From NCBI GenBank assembly GCA_024137785.1, contig JAHRHZ010000004.1, positions 19,432,034 through 19,496,033 on the forward strand: a DNA stretch of 64,000 bases. The letters are read 5' to 3'. Shown here piece after piece: positions 41,601-54,596 of the stretch (the stretch's first letter is position 1; each line of letters opens with the position of its first letter). The notes beneath the pieces were generated by a model. That model was not told where the DNA came from. It worked only from the letters and a program-made list of their open reading frames with translations, and did no database searches. A program made the position numbers and the translations under genes. Origin of the DNA: Ginglymostoma cirratum. Taxonomy: Eukaryota.

Positions 41601-44600
41601 AGCTAAAGATGGGCTTAAGTACGAGTGATTTGAATACACTTAGTTGTAATTATCTGATCATTTATCCTTAGCACTAAATCCCTCCTGTAATTTACAATGC
41701 GTAATGCAAATTTCAGTAATATATGACTGAATCATCAGGAGTAATATGTATGCAAAAGTAAAGTCATTATCAAAGGATGCAGTCACATAGGACACACAGG
41801 GAAATTACACTGAACACAAGGATGGGCAATAAATGCTTCCCTCAATCAGCAATGCCCACATCCACTGAATAAATTTAAAAAATGCCAGCATCCTGTAGAA
41901 ATTTTGGAGTCAGATTCACATCATATACACGGATAGTCATGTTAGACTATCATTAGACATAAAGGACCAGTCATTATACTAAACACAAGGATGAAGTGTT
42001 TAGACTATACACATAAAAATGACATATTGCAACACAAAGGGAGCAAACTGCACAGCAAGTGGGTCACAGTTTAGATAGAGAATAATCTTCCTTTCCTTTC
42101 ATTATGACTCAAGTCATTTTATCCAGACGACAGTAAACATTTCATTTGATCTTTGAATGACCTCTATACAATCTCACTCACATGAAGTGAATGAGCTCTG
42201 CCTTCAGAACAAATCTATTAACTGCAGCCTTAACTTCTACGTCACATGAGAGAGATACACTTAGCACAGAACTTTGGGGAACATCCTTCAATACTTACCC
42301 ATATGTACCCTTGCTCCCTTATGAATATGCCATTTAAAAATCCCAGTTCATATCTTACACTTGATGCTTACATAGACTGCAATGACAGAATAGAAAGAAC
42401 AAACTGTTCTCATAAGTATAAACAAGAGATATAGTAATAATTTTAAAATGTAAAAGATTAGAAGACAGCATTAGAACCCTTAATCCTTTTTAAAACTTCA
42501 TTCCCAAGATGTCAGGCATCACTGGTAACGCTAACATTTAATGAGGAGCCCTAGAGAAGGTCATGGTGAATCAGTTTTTTGAAATCAACTGAATAACATG
42601 CTAGACAATTTCAAAAGGCAGCTAAGATGCGATCACAACGCTGCGGGCTTAGAATTACATAGGCCAGCATGGGAAAGGCTAGTGGATTTCCTTCCCCAGT
42701 AGGTGTCAATCAGATGGGTTTTAAAAACAACCCAATAGTTCTGAGGCTATTATTACTGATATTGCAGAGGTTCTTCAGGTTGTGGAGTGCTATGTAAACA
42801 CTTTTGGAATACATTAGATAGGAGATTATGAGGAAAGGGGAAGGATGGCTGGCAAGCAGGATTAAGAGCTACTGCTCATGTCAAGCATGGCAGGGTTGAA
42901 TGATCTGTTCCCATGTTGTAATTTCAATACAATTTTAGAAGTTATTTGAATTCTCTCAATTTGTAATATTATTCACATAAAAATTGGAGTTAACAGGGAA
43001 CACTGCTCCTAAATCCACAATGTCTGCCATTTATTGGGCTATCGTCATACAGGTACTGTTGTGGTCATCACCTTTCTGTTTCCTGAGATTTAGTTAATTG
43101 GACTGTGACTACCAGATGGTTTCATTAAGAGTGCTCTGTTTACCAAGACTCATTCTGCTTACAGGGCTCCGAGTTACCAGTTCTTGTCACATTAGCCATT
43201 TCCATTCTATTCATAGACAACTTTTCAGTTCTTTGTAAATTCCCTGCAGTGTTCATCCATCCCAGAGAATTGGCTTGATTTCTGGCAACAAAAAAATAAA
43301 TCTAATCCTTACACAAATCAACATCAAAATTACTTTTAATTTTTTTTCCCCTCTGACACGTTTCACATTCACCTGTTCCGTATTTTTAATGCACTTTGTG
43401 CCTTCAGCCCACCTCATCCTTGTACATTTCACACACATTTCCACAAGATAACAAATCAGCACTAGTGAGAAAGAAATTAACAATTAACAGGTATTGAAAC
43501 AGCTCGGATATCCCTCTTTACCCGAGCTCTCATCCCAGTCAGAATAGTGTTCAAGTACCTGAGAGCTGACAGCATTGGTATTATGTGCAATGGCCTTTCT
43601 GGAAATATATAGGAATTTATCGTACTTTCCTACGAGAAAGTGAGGAATTCAATGTTATTAGACAGTTCTCACAACAGGTTATGGCATTTTCCAGTTAATT
43701 GCTCTTATATTATTAATCAATTCCACCGACTGCCCTCAGAATTCAGCTCTTTACATCAGGTAGATATTCCAGCCGCCCAGTTAAATCTCCTGTTCAGCAG
43801 CAGTGATTGGAGAGGAATGGCATGTACCAACCTTCCAGTGCAAGGGGGTTTGTGTAGAGATGCACAGAATAGGGAGGGGCAGATAAACGGAGGGGGTGGG
43901 AATGACTGGAAGAGGCAATTTAACAGCCCTCACATTTAACTACACAAAAGAATTACAAATTTTAGTTACAAATTACAGTTCCTTTTGTTGCAATATTAAA
44001 TTTCAATACAAGGAGGAGCATGGGAATTGATATTTTTAATGGTGGTGGGTTGTACAGAGTACTATAGACTACTATAGACTACTGAATCTTTACACATCCA
44101 GTGGTAATATCCTACAGAATTGCACGATTCTAAATTGCCTCAAGCATAGGGTCTGGGACCTGATTTTGGCCTCGAATTCCTCACCTGAGGGTGCACAACT
44201 GCTCCTATTACTGAAAACCAGGTCCAAACATTCCCACTTCCAAATAAATAAGATCCCTCCACAAAACACCAGGGCATTTTAAAATCTAAAGTGATCAATT
44301 GGGCTAAATTTCTAACCAACATTGGACATGGGTACTCTCACTCTACAGTGACCACAGGGCCAATACACTCCTGGGTTGGCTGCAATTATTCAGGTTGATT
44401 GTATTTCATTCAGAAACTGTGGGTCTTAAATGTTGCCTTCAAAAGAGACAGGAGTCCCATTTATCTACCAGATTACACAGACTCTGGTTGACTGGTAGGT
44501 GGATGTAGGGAGGTCAGTGTACACAGACAGGGAAGGAGGTCTATGAGCAGATTTTAACATAGTGGGGTGATTTGCAAAAAAGTTAAAACCAGATTACCAG

Positions 44601-44836
44601 TGAGTCATCTCCGAGCACCTCTTGTTCTACGTACTCAAATAAGAAACGATTACAGAGAAGCAGCCGCTTTGGGCAGTAACCCAGGGTATTTACAGAATGT
44701 ACAGGTCACTCCAGCTGCCTTATGACAGCCACCATCTCATCGGGAGGGAGCAGTGTTGATTTTTCATCCAGTTTAAAACAGTCTGGAGTCTCCATAGGCT
44801 CCTAGTTTCGAGTCCCAGCTTTCCACCAGTTAAAAG

Positions 44837-46682
<1,846 letters not shown>

Positions 46683-46699
46683 AAATTGCAGCCTCTGCT

Positions 46700-47320
46700 T
46701 CCTCCTGGCTGGGGGCAGCGTGTCCTCAGGCACCGCTTCACTCGGTGGCCGCTCTCCCCCTGCTCTCAGTGGTGGGGAGGGGGGGGGGGAAGGGAGAAGT
46801 GGGGCCAGTCCTCCCGGACCCTTGAACCGTTCACCCTCCCCTCCCCCGTCCTCCCTCACTCTCAGTCAGTCAGTCCTATCCCTACACAAACAGCAGCCCG
46901 CCCTCCCACCCCCCACTCCCCTTCCCCCTCGGAATCCCTCACATGCGCCACATTGCTGCCGAGGCTCTCTCCCTGCCGCAGTTACAAATTGATCCGCCCC
47001 ACAGTCGATAAATAATTCAGAGGCAGGGCTTAATGGGGAATGGGAGGTAGCAGCAGTAAAGTCTAGAGTCGGGGGTGAAAGACCCTGAAAAGGCTGAGTT
47101 TTTTGGGGGTAGGATAGGGAAAGATCAGGAAGGTGGAGTTATTTTTCTCCCCCCCCCCCGCCTTGTAGCCGTGGCTGCAGAGCCGCCCTCCCCGGGAGGT
47201 GGTGACATTGCAGCGCCCAGGCACGGCTTTCTGTATAACTGCATGTGTTGCTCGTTCTGTATTCATCAGCACAGTACCGCTCGTATCAAACCCACAAATT
47301 CGCACCACACCGTGAACTAT
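46700..47320 (-). promoter_or_regulatory. GC/CpG-rich TMEM240 5'UTR and promoter region
   Basis: Many CpGs and GC boxes (CCGCCC at ~46897, ~46993, ~47183) in an otherwise CpG-poor window, immediately upstream of the TMEM240 ATG. Confidence 0.6.
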
Positions 47321-47425
47321 TCCTCCCCACGCCCCTTGTCTTTCCCCACATTATTATTTTGTGTGTAAATATGTGAACTGTGATGATAAACAGACAGGAG
47401 GCTGGGCTCTGACCAAGGATTTTGT

Positions 47426-47431
47426 TTTAAT
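47426..47431 (-). terminator. Candidate SSU72 polyA signal (ATTAAA)
   Basis: ATTAAA ~165 nt after the stop, followed by TGTCTGTTT downstream element. Confidence 0.45.
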
Positions 47432-47596
47432 GAAGCTTCACGTTGGAACACTTTGCGCCATCGTTAGATGGAGACTCTGTTCTACAAGAGAGATTCATTC
47501 GGACACGTTACAGGACCAGCGCCGAGCAGCGGTTCAAACTTAAAATAAACTATAAATTATATACAGATCAGCACCGCAGAGCCCACCGCCCCGCCC

Positions 47597-47698
47597 TCAG
47601 TAGAAGCAGACAGTGTGAAGGAAGGTCCGGCCGCTCTTCTCCTCCAGCTCCTGGATAAGCTCATCGATCTCATTCTCCATGTCTTCAGTCCGCTGGAT
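47597..47698 (-). CDS. SSU72: SSU72 exon 5 (coding part to TGA)
   Basis: gtttag|ATC ... TAC TGA, 102 bp. Confidence 0.96.
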   Translation of the reverse strand: MQRTEDMENEIDELIQELEEKSGRTFLHTVCFY

Positions 47699-50600
47699 CT
47701 AAACACAACCAACATGGCAAAAAGGTCAACGTTGAACAGCGGGATCGTGAAAGGACTGAGCTGGAAGTTGAGGAAGACAGAAGAGGGAGGGAAGAAGAGT
47801 AAGGAGAAGGAAGTGAAAAGAGAAAGGGAAGAGGAACTCAAGAACGCAATGCCAGCTGACCTCTGCTCCAAATGATTCAACTAGAGGTTGGTTAAAAATG
47901 GAGTCTCACGAGTCGAGGACAACTAAAAACAATCTTGAATACTCCTTCGGTATTTGGGGAGGGGGGGCGAAGGGAATCGAATCTATCACAAACCACAACT
48001 TAAACGTATCCACCAATATTTCAGCCACTTTCCCAGTTCCAGCTGAGGGCTCAGCCTTCCCCTCAGACCTGACCTCTTGTGAACCACAGTCACTGGGAGG
48101 AGCCAACAGGGGCTCGTCCAGGGCTCCCCAGGCTGGGCTATGGACTCCTAACCCAAATGCAGCACGGCACCGTGTTGTTTCAGGTAGTTTTGCCCCCGTT
48201 TGGATTCAGCCTACAGCCTGGCGCACCCCTCCCATTTTATTTCACGACCTGTGCTCCAGTCGAGAACAGTCAAGCCTGTTTTTCAAAACCACCCTTTTCC
48301 TCCTCTTAATTCCCTCCCACCCATAAAACGTCAAACTGTAGAAACATAGTAACTTTTTTTTAAAAAGGTGTAGCGGAACAATAACTCCAGCTAACGCAGT
48401 AGTTTCAGAAAGTGACTAGAGTTTACATGGAGAGATTGCACTTTCCTGTGTAAGTTTCAATTCGGGGGGGGGGGGGAAGTGGTAGATGGATAATCTTCTA
48501 ATTTTTAAAAATGACAGTGACAAAAGTATACAATTGGTATGGCAGATTAAAAATGAACTAAGATGTTAGACTGTAGAATGTTCATCCAAGACTAAATTCA
48601 CATTGGGATGGGAGGGGGGGTGGTTAAAATTCTTAGGTTGCAGGGACTTGGGGAAAGGGGCGAGAACAGGGGGATGATTACCAGCAGTCACTCCCTTCCT
48701 ACTGCACAGTCCTGCCTTAAGTACCATGTTCTAACTGGAGGCCATTTAAATTGTGGAAGCATTGAGCTGCTATAACGGAAACACTGGGTCCCATCAAGGA
48801 TGGGCAAGCTTAATTACCCTATTTGCTGGGTTTCTCACAGCATTACCATGGGAACAGCCTAAAAGCAGGACTGAGCATTTCCCTGCAGTGGCAAAGTAAA
48901 TGCATACTTCTGCTGTGGGCTCAGTGGCAATTGTGCAGAGCAGGTAGCAATGTCAGAGTCAGAAATACCTTGGGGATGGGAAGTTCCTCCACTTGCAAAC
49001 AGGACTCCATTGGCAGCGTCAGCTGCAGCTCAGTTGGGCACACGTTTGCCTGAGTCATAAGGTTCTGGGTTCAAGTCCAACACTGAGCTGAGCGCAAAAA
49101 ACAACTTTTTTTGGGGAGGTGGGGCAGGAGGAAAGAGTTTGTTTTGATTCCAGAAAGGAGAGAAGACAGAAAACTAAAGACTAGTTAATCAAACATCAAA
49201 AACAGGGAAAATGCTATAATCTATTAGGGATGTGTTAATGGAGCACTTAGGATATCAAATAATTATGCAGCAGCTACAGATTTATGAAAGGCAGGTTGTG
49301 TTTGACAAATCTCATTTCTGTAGCTGTAACTAGCTCATTAGGGAAGGGGGGGGGAAGTGGATATGAAGCACTGGATTTTCAAAAAACATTTAATAAGTCA
49401 TCCATCATGCATGAGGTTATTATACAAAAATTTATGGCTCATGGGACTGCAGTTAAGAACTACAGATCCAAACAGCAGGAATAAACAGGCCATTTCCAGG
49501 TAGGCAGGTTCTATCAAGTGGGGTACTGTGAATGTCACCACTTAGGTCTCAAGTGTTCACAATCTAAAACACTGCCTTAGATGGAGGGGACGGAGTGTAT
49601 TGTATCCAAGTTTCTGATTATTACGTTGCAAGTGGCTGCAAAGGAATAGGGAAAGACTAACTGAATGGGCGTGTGTGTGCGTGTGTGTGTGTGTGTGGGG
49701 AAGCATATAAAGTTATCTACTAAGGAAAAAAAATAGGAAAAGCAGTTTATTTCTTTGAATGCAACATCTGGGAATTTAGTATTTAGGAGATGTGTATTCT
49801 TGTACATGAATAAAAAAAATTAAAGCATAAAAGAGTGAAGAAGTTTTACTGCAATTGTATGGCACCCTGATGAGACCACACCTGTGAGTACTGTGTATTG
49901 CTTTAGTCTCTTTACGTAAGGATATACTATCTTTGGAAGGAGTGCAGTAATGATTCACTGGAATGATTCCTAGGATGAGGAACCGGCCATTAAGGAGCGA
50001 TCAAGCAGATAGACTACATTCTGAAATCTGAAGAATGAGAGATTACCCCAATGAAAAATAAAAATATTAAAAAGGCTTTGATAGGGTAGATACTGGAAGG
50101 ATGCTTCCCTTGACCACAGAGACTACAAGGAAGGGTTAGAGTCACAGAACAAAGGGGTTGCTGTTTATCAGGCTAGGAAAGAAAGTTTCACTCAGAATTG
50201 TGGACCTTCGGAATTCGCTACTAAAGACAGCAGTGTATGCTCAGTTGTTGAGTCCATTCAAGACAGATGGATACATTTTTGGATACAAAGATAAGGGATT
50301 ATAGAGTGTGGGAGGGGAGATCAACTATGGTCTTTCTGAACAGTTGAGCAAGTTCAAAAAAATGGACAGATCATCTATTTGCGCCCCTGCATTTTATACT
50401 CTTATAGCAAAATCATTAAGTGCAAGTCTGCTAAGTATATTTTGGGAGAAATTGAGCCAATAGGAACTGAATTCCAGCAGTGTTCTTCCCTTCAGGTTGC
50501 CTCTTATGGTTAGGTTTTGAATCGACAGTGTAGAAGTTTGTCTAAAACCATGACAAACAATCAGCTTGAAAGACCACTTCTTTTCACTATTACCAAGTGA

Positions 50601-51925
50601 ACAGAGAATGAGCTTAACTGGGAACAGAGGTTAATTTTTAGCAATGAAACAGAATTTCTTCACTTTGTCCTCCCAAATGTATTTTACTCAAATGCAGTTC
50701 TCTTCGGTCAGTGCACAGCGTGGACGTCATTGATAATTGGATACTTTCTATGAATTTTGCTACCTGGTAAGTGTCCTAGTGTTCTGCAAAATACTCAGCA
50801 TGAGACTTTATGGCACATTTCACACTTTCTAAGATTTTGAGGCTTTGCAATTAACATTCCCACACTATGAATGTAAACCAAACCGTTTATGTTAAATATC
50901 ACTACAGAAGCCATTCTGTCAGCTTCTTGTTATACAGGAAATATAGAACATTAATAGTTGCACAGAATAGGTAATGTCAGTGAAAGGAGAGACAACATTC
51001 TCAGAGGAATTGTTATTTCAGAAAACAACTACATGAGTAATTTCAATATTTTGCCATCAACAGTATGTTATCAGCTTTACCCAAAATAGACTTCAGGAAT
51101 CAAACTCGAATACTTTTAATCCAATTTTGCCGGGGATACAGCTGCAGTAAAAATGGCATTGGTGTAACAAGCTTGGAGCATCATAGCGAAGATCCTAGCA
51201 TTAAGCATTCTGAAAGACTTCAATTATTGTTCTAACAAAAATGGCTCAATTTCTACTGATTGTTCCGCACTCAAACCACAGTCACCTTCTGTAGAAGGCA
51301 TGCCAAATTGGTGCACTTACCAACATGTTGCAAAACATGTTCAATGTTGATTAGTCCATCACGTGACAATAACTATGTAAAATTCTTACAAAAAAGTCAA
51401 AATTGCAACACGAATAAAATGTGTTAAGTGTTCAGTAAAACAGATACATTCACCTGCAAACATTTGGCTGGATTACAGGAGATCGCATTTGGATTCATTG
51501 AGATGTTATTCTGTGTTGTGTGCTGTCTGATATTCTTTCCCAGTCCTCCCAATACACAAAAGGTGCAACACTTACACATTGGCACAGTTCACAAATGAGG
51601 AAAGCTCCGATTGTGGCTTCTTCATGATTATCCTGAATGTCCACGTTTATGACATGCACTGACTGGAATGTCTCCTGTTCTCTCGAATTCAGATCTGGGA
51701 AATCATAATACGGGGGCATCAGCAAACCACGTTTCATAAGCAGCAAGGTCAAAGGCTTGGCGAACACAAGGGATGGCCATTTTACCTTCAAGCACCTGAT
51801 CGTATACCCGTTCCTCACAGGTCACTATTAGATCAAACTGGTCTTTGCAGGTCTGGAAACGTTCTGGTCGAGATTTTATCCGCTTGTTTCTGTCCAACAT
51901 GTGAAGAATTCCGTTCTGTGTATAT
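47597..51925 (-). CDS. SSU72: RNA polymerase II CTD phosphatase SSU72, last three coding exons (exons 1-2 lie beyond the window end)
   Basis: complement(join(47597-47698,51576-51694,51786-51925)): YTQNGILHMLDRNKRIKSRPERFQTCKDQFDLIVTCEERVYDQVLED-LNSREQETFQSVHVINVDIQDNHEEATIGAFLICELCQC-IQRTEDMENEIDELIQELEEKSGRTFLHTVCFY*. Confidence 0.97.
49150..50405 (+). mobile_element. Decayed CR1 LINE RT region
   Basis: MKGRLCLTNL, ALDFQKTFNK, GAGACCACACCTG..GAGTACTGTGTA, GAATTGTGGACCTTCGGAATTC. Confidence 0.8.
49670..49698. repeat. (GT)n microsatellite
   Basis: CGTGTGTGTGCGTGTGTGTGTGTGTGTG. Confidence 0.9.
51576..51694 (-). CDS. SSU72: SSU72 exon 4 (catalytic Asp loop VDIQDNHEEA)
   Basis: ttcccag|AT ... 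TGT|gtaagt, 119 bp. Confidence 0.96.
51786..51925 (-). CDS. SSU72: SSU72 exon 3
   Basis: gtgcag|A TAT ... GAA G|gtaaaa, 140 bp. Confidence 0.95.
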
Positions 51926-51935
51926 CTGCACTGAG

Positions 51936-51944
51936 GTCAAGGAA
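51936..51944 (-). promoter_or_regulatory. U12-type (minor spliceosome) branch point of SSU72 intron 2
   Basis: TTCCTTGAC-CTCAGTGCAG|exon; matches TTCCTTRAC, branch A ~11 nt from the AG, no polypyrimidine tract. Confidence 0.8.
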
Positions 51945-53139
51945 CGTAATGTACACATGGAGTAACCTATAAACTTGCATAGGATTCAGATTTTCCAAAG
52001 CTCATATGCTAAACCCAATTAAGACGACCTCTCTAATTTACAAATCCGGGCTGAATACTGCGGGGATAAGAACTCTTAAGTTCTTCGATAGGACACAAGT
52101 GTTGCTGGAAAAGACAGCGTTTATTGTCCATCATTATTTGCTCTTGTACAGACTGACTTACTGGGTGTTTTCAGGGGCACTTAGGAGTTAACCACCAATC
52201 ATTACCGGGAATTTAGTATCATATACAATAAACCAGACTGGGCAACAGTGACAGATTTCCTTAAGTAAAAGGAAAGGACATCAGTGAACAAAAGCTGTCC
52301 CTGACATCCTTTAGGTAACAAAATTTGTCATCTTTATCTGCTCTTGCCTACATACAACTCCATATCCTCGTAGTGTGCTCACCAAAATGGTCTAGCAAGC
52401 CACTCAGTTATATTTAAATGGTACAAATTCTGAAAGGAATAGCACCGTTGGTGCCCTGTTCACTCCAAGAACTGCAGCAGTTCAAAAAGGGGCAGCTCAT
52501 CACTGGTTCTCTAGGGAAATTAGAGATGGGTAAACACTGGCCATCTAGCAGAACTCATATTTAATGAAAACAAAATACGCTGTTACAACAATGATTATTT
52601 TGCATTTACATTTACTACTTTCAATTCCAGATTTATTTATTAATTCTATTATCGTGGGATTTGAACCCAAGCCCATTGAACATTAACCTGGGTCCCTGGA
52701 TTACCAGTCCACTGACATTACTGTTCATCAATTTCTCCCCTCTTGTTTGACGGCCTGATTCAGTCTCAAATTTACTTGTTCCTTGTATGGTAATATGCAG
52801 AAGGCTCTCAAAAGAGTAATAAACAGCTTTCACAAGACTCTCAAGTTTAAGTTATGAAACCTACAGTGATTGGCCCTGATGACATATTGGTACCAGCAGT
52901 AATGGAACAGGTCAGCCCAAAACAAGGGACAATAATGAATTACATTTTATCAGTGCAATCAAACTGTTTAAAAGTTTAAGCAGCAAAGAAGGTCTTGATA
53001 GTTTATTTATAACCGCTGAGAGAAAAGCTGTTTTCCACCCCAAAGTTTTTATATTAAAAGAAAATACAATCCTATTTAAACTAAAAGCAACATTTTGTAC
53101 AAGCAAGAAACTTCTTGCCCAGTTTTCAAGCTACAATAT

Positions 53140-53425
53140 GGGCAGCACGGTGGCTCGGTGGTTAGCACTGCTGCCTCACAGCAAAGGCCCGGGTTCGATT
53201 CCCCCTTGGGCAACTGTGTGGAGTTTGCACATTCTCCCCCAAGCTGTGTGGGTTTCCTCTCTCAGTCCAAAGACGTGCAGGTTAGGTGGATTGGCCATGC
53301 TTAATTGACCATAGTGTTCAGGAATGTTTAGATTAGGTGGGTTTGGGGTGTAGGTCTGGGTGGGATGCTCAGAGGGTCAGTGTAGACTTGTTGGGCCGAA
53401 GGGCCTGTTTCCACACTAAGGGTTA
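53140..53425 (+). mobile_element. HE1-like V-SINE
   Basis: GGGCAGCACGGTGGCTCGGTGGTTAGCAC..GGGTTCGATTCC..GGGCCGAAGGGCCTGTTTCCACACT. Confidence 0.9.
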
Positions 53426-54375
53426 TATGGAATACACAACTCAGTCATCACAAACAGTGATGATGCTGCCTGGAAAGTTGTAATCAGATGAGTTACAGCA
53501 TGGACAGTTTGATGGTTTGGATGACTGCAGTGAACAAAGTTTTATAAAGCCCAGCAAGTTTAACAAATCACTAGTGTCGATACAACAGCCACATGTAAAC
53601 TACTCAAACTAACTAGCTTCCTTTGGTACTGAACTAAATATTAGCCATATGGTCATATTATGTAGACTAAATCTCACCCGACAGCAGCAAGTAGCTCAGA
53701 ACAGTTGGTGCTTTCAGTTTGTCGAGAACCTCATTTATACGGATATTTCAACTCTCTTCTCAAGTCCTTCAAATGATGATTGTTTGGCAGAGTGAATATC
53801 CTATTAACCATTTGCCATCTAATTTCTATTAGAAAAAATCCTGCTACTTTAATCATTTGCAAAAACAGAGCACCAATAACAATCACTCACGTGAGAACAT
53901 GCATTTGTATTGGAAACATCTTGACTGTTCTTAAAAAGTTCTCCCTAAAATGAGGGGAGAAGGTTTAAGATTTGACACACCAGTGATCAGCTCACTAACT
54001 CAGTAACCCATGAAGATAGCTAACTTTTGAGGTTGGGGACTAAAAAATCCAAACACTACTTTCATGTCAAAAAAAAAAATTGCTTGTTCCATCTCACTAG
54101 AATTAGCTGTTTAATCACTGGAGAATTCCAAAGCTGACATTTTTTCCTCAGTAGCATTATAAGAAGAAAATAATGAAAATAAATTTAAACCTCAAATGTT
54201 TTAGAATGGGGGCTGTTATCTAGCTTTTAAGGGTAGAGTAGTATGCTCGATGATCAAGTTATTCACTATATGGCCAGTTACAAATCACCAGCAATTTGGA
54301 ATACAGAAATGCCTTAAAAAGCAATCTGACAGAATAGGATTATGGAAAGGTGGCTGTCAAGATAAAATTAGGCAG

Positions 54376-54596
54376 TAAAAGTAGTTGCTGGAAAAGCTCA
54401 GCAGGTCTGGTGGCACCTGTGAAGACAAATCACAGTTAACGTTTCAGGTCCGGTGACCTTTCCTCAGAACTTGTGTCACCGGACCCGAAACATTAACTCT
54501 GATTTTTCTTTACACGTGCTGCCAGACCTGCTGAGTTTTTCCAGCAACTTCTGTTTTTGTTCCTAATTTACAGCATCCGCAGCTCTTTCGATTTTT
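54376..54596. mobile_element. Fold-back Penelope-like element with 14-bp TSD
   Basis: ATAAAATTAGGCAG at 54362-54375 and 54597-54610; same family as 18988-19232. Confidence 0.8.
54434..54471 (-). ncRNA. Minimal type I hammerhead-ribozyme-like motif
   Basis: AGUU-CUGAGGA-A-AGGUC-ACCG-GACCU-GAAA-CG-UU-AACU: stem I AGUU/AACU, stem II AGGUC/GACCU, both core boxes intact. Confidence 0.55.

Noticed and set aside
44059-44083. ACTATAGACT 10-bp tandem in TMEM240 3' region
   Set aside because: Only ~2.5 copies; ordinary slippage duplication
47568-47587. REST/RE1 site (TCAGCACCGCAGAGCCCACC) upstream of neuronal TMEM240
   Set aside because: Left half matches but the GGACAG right half has three or more mismatches
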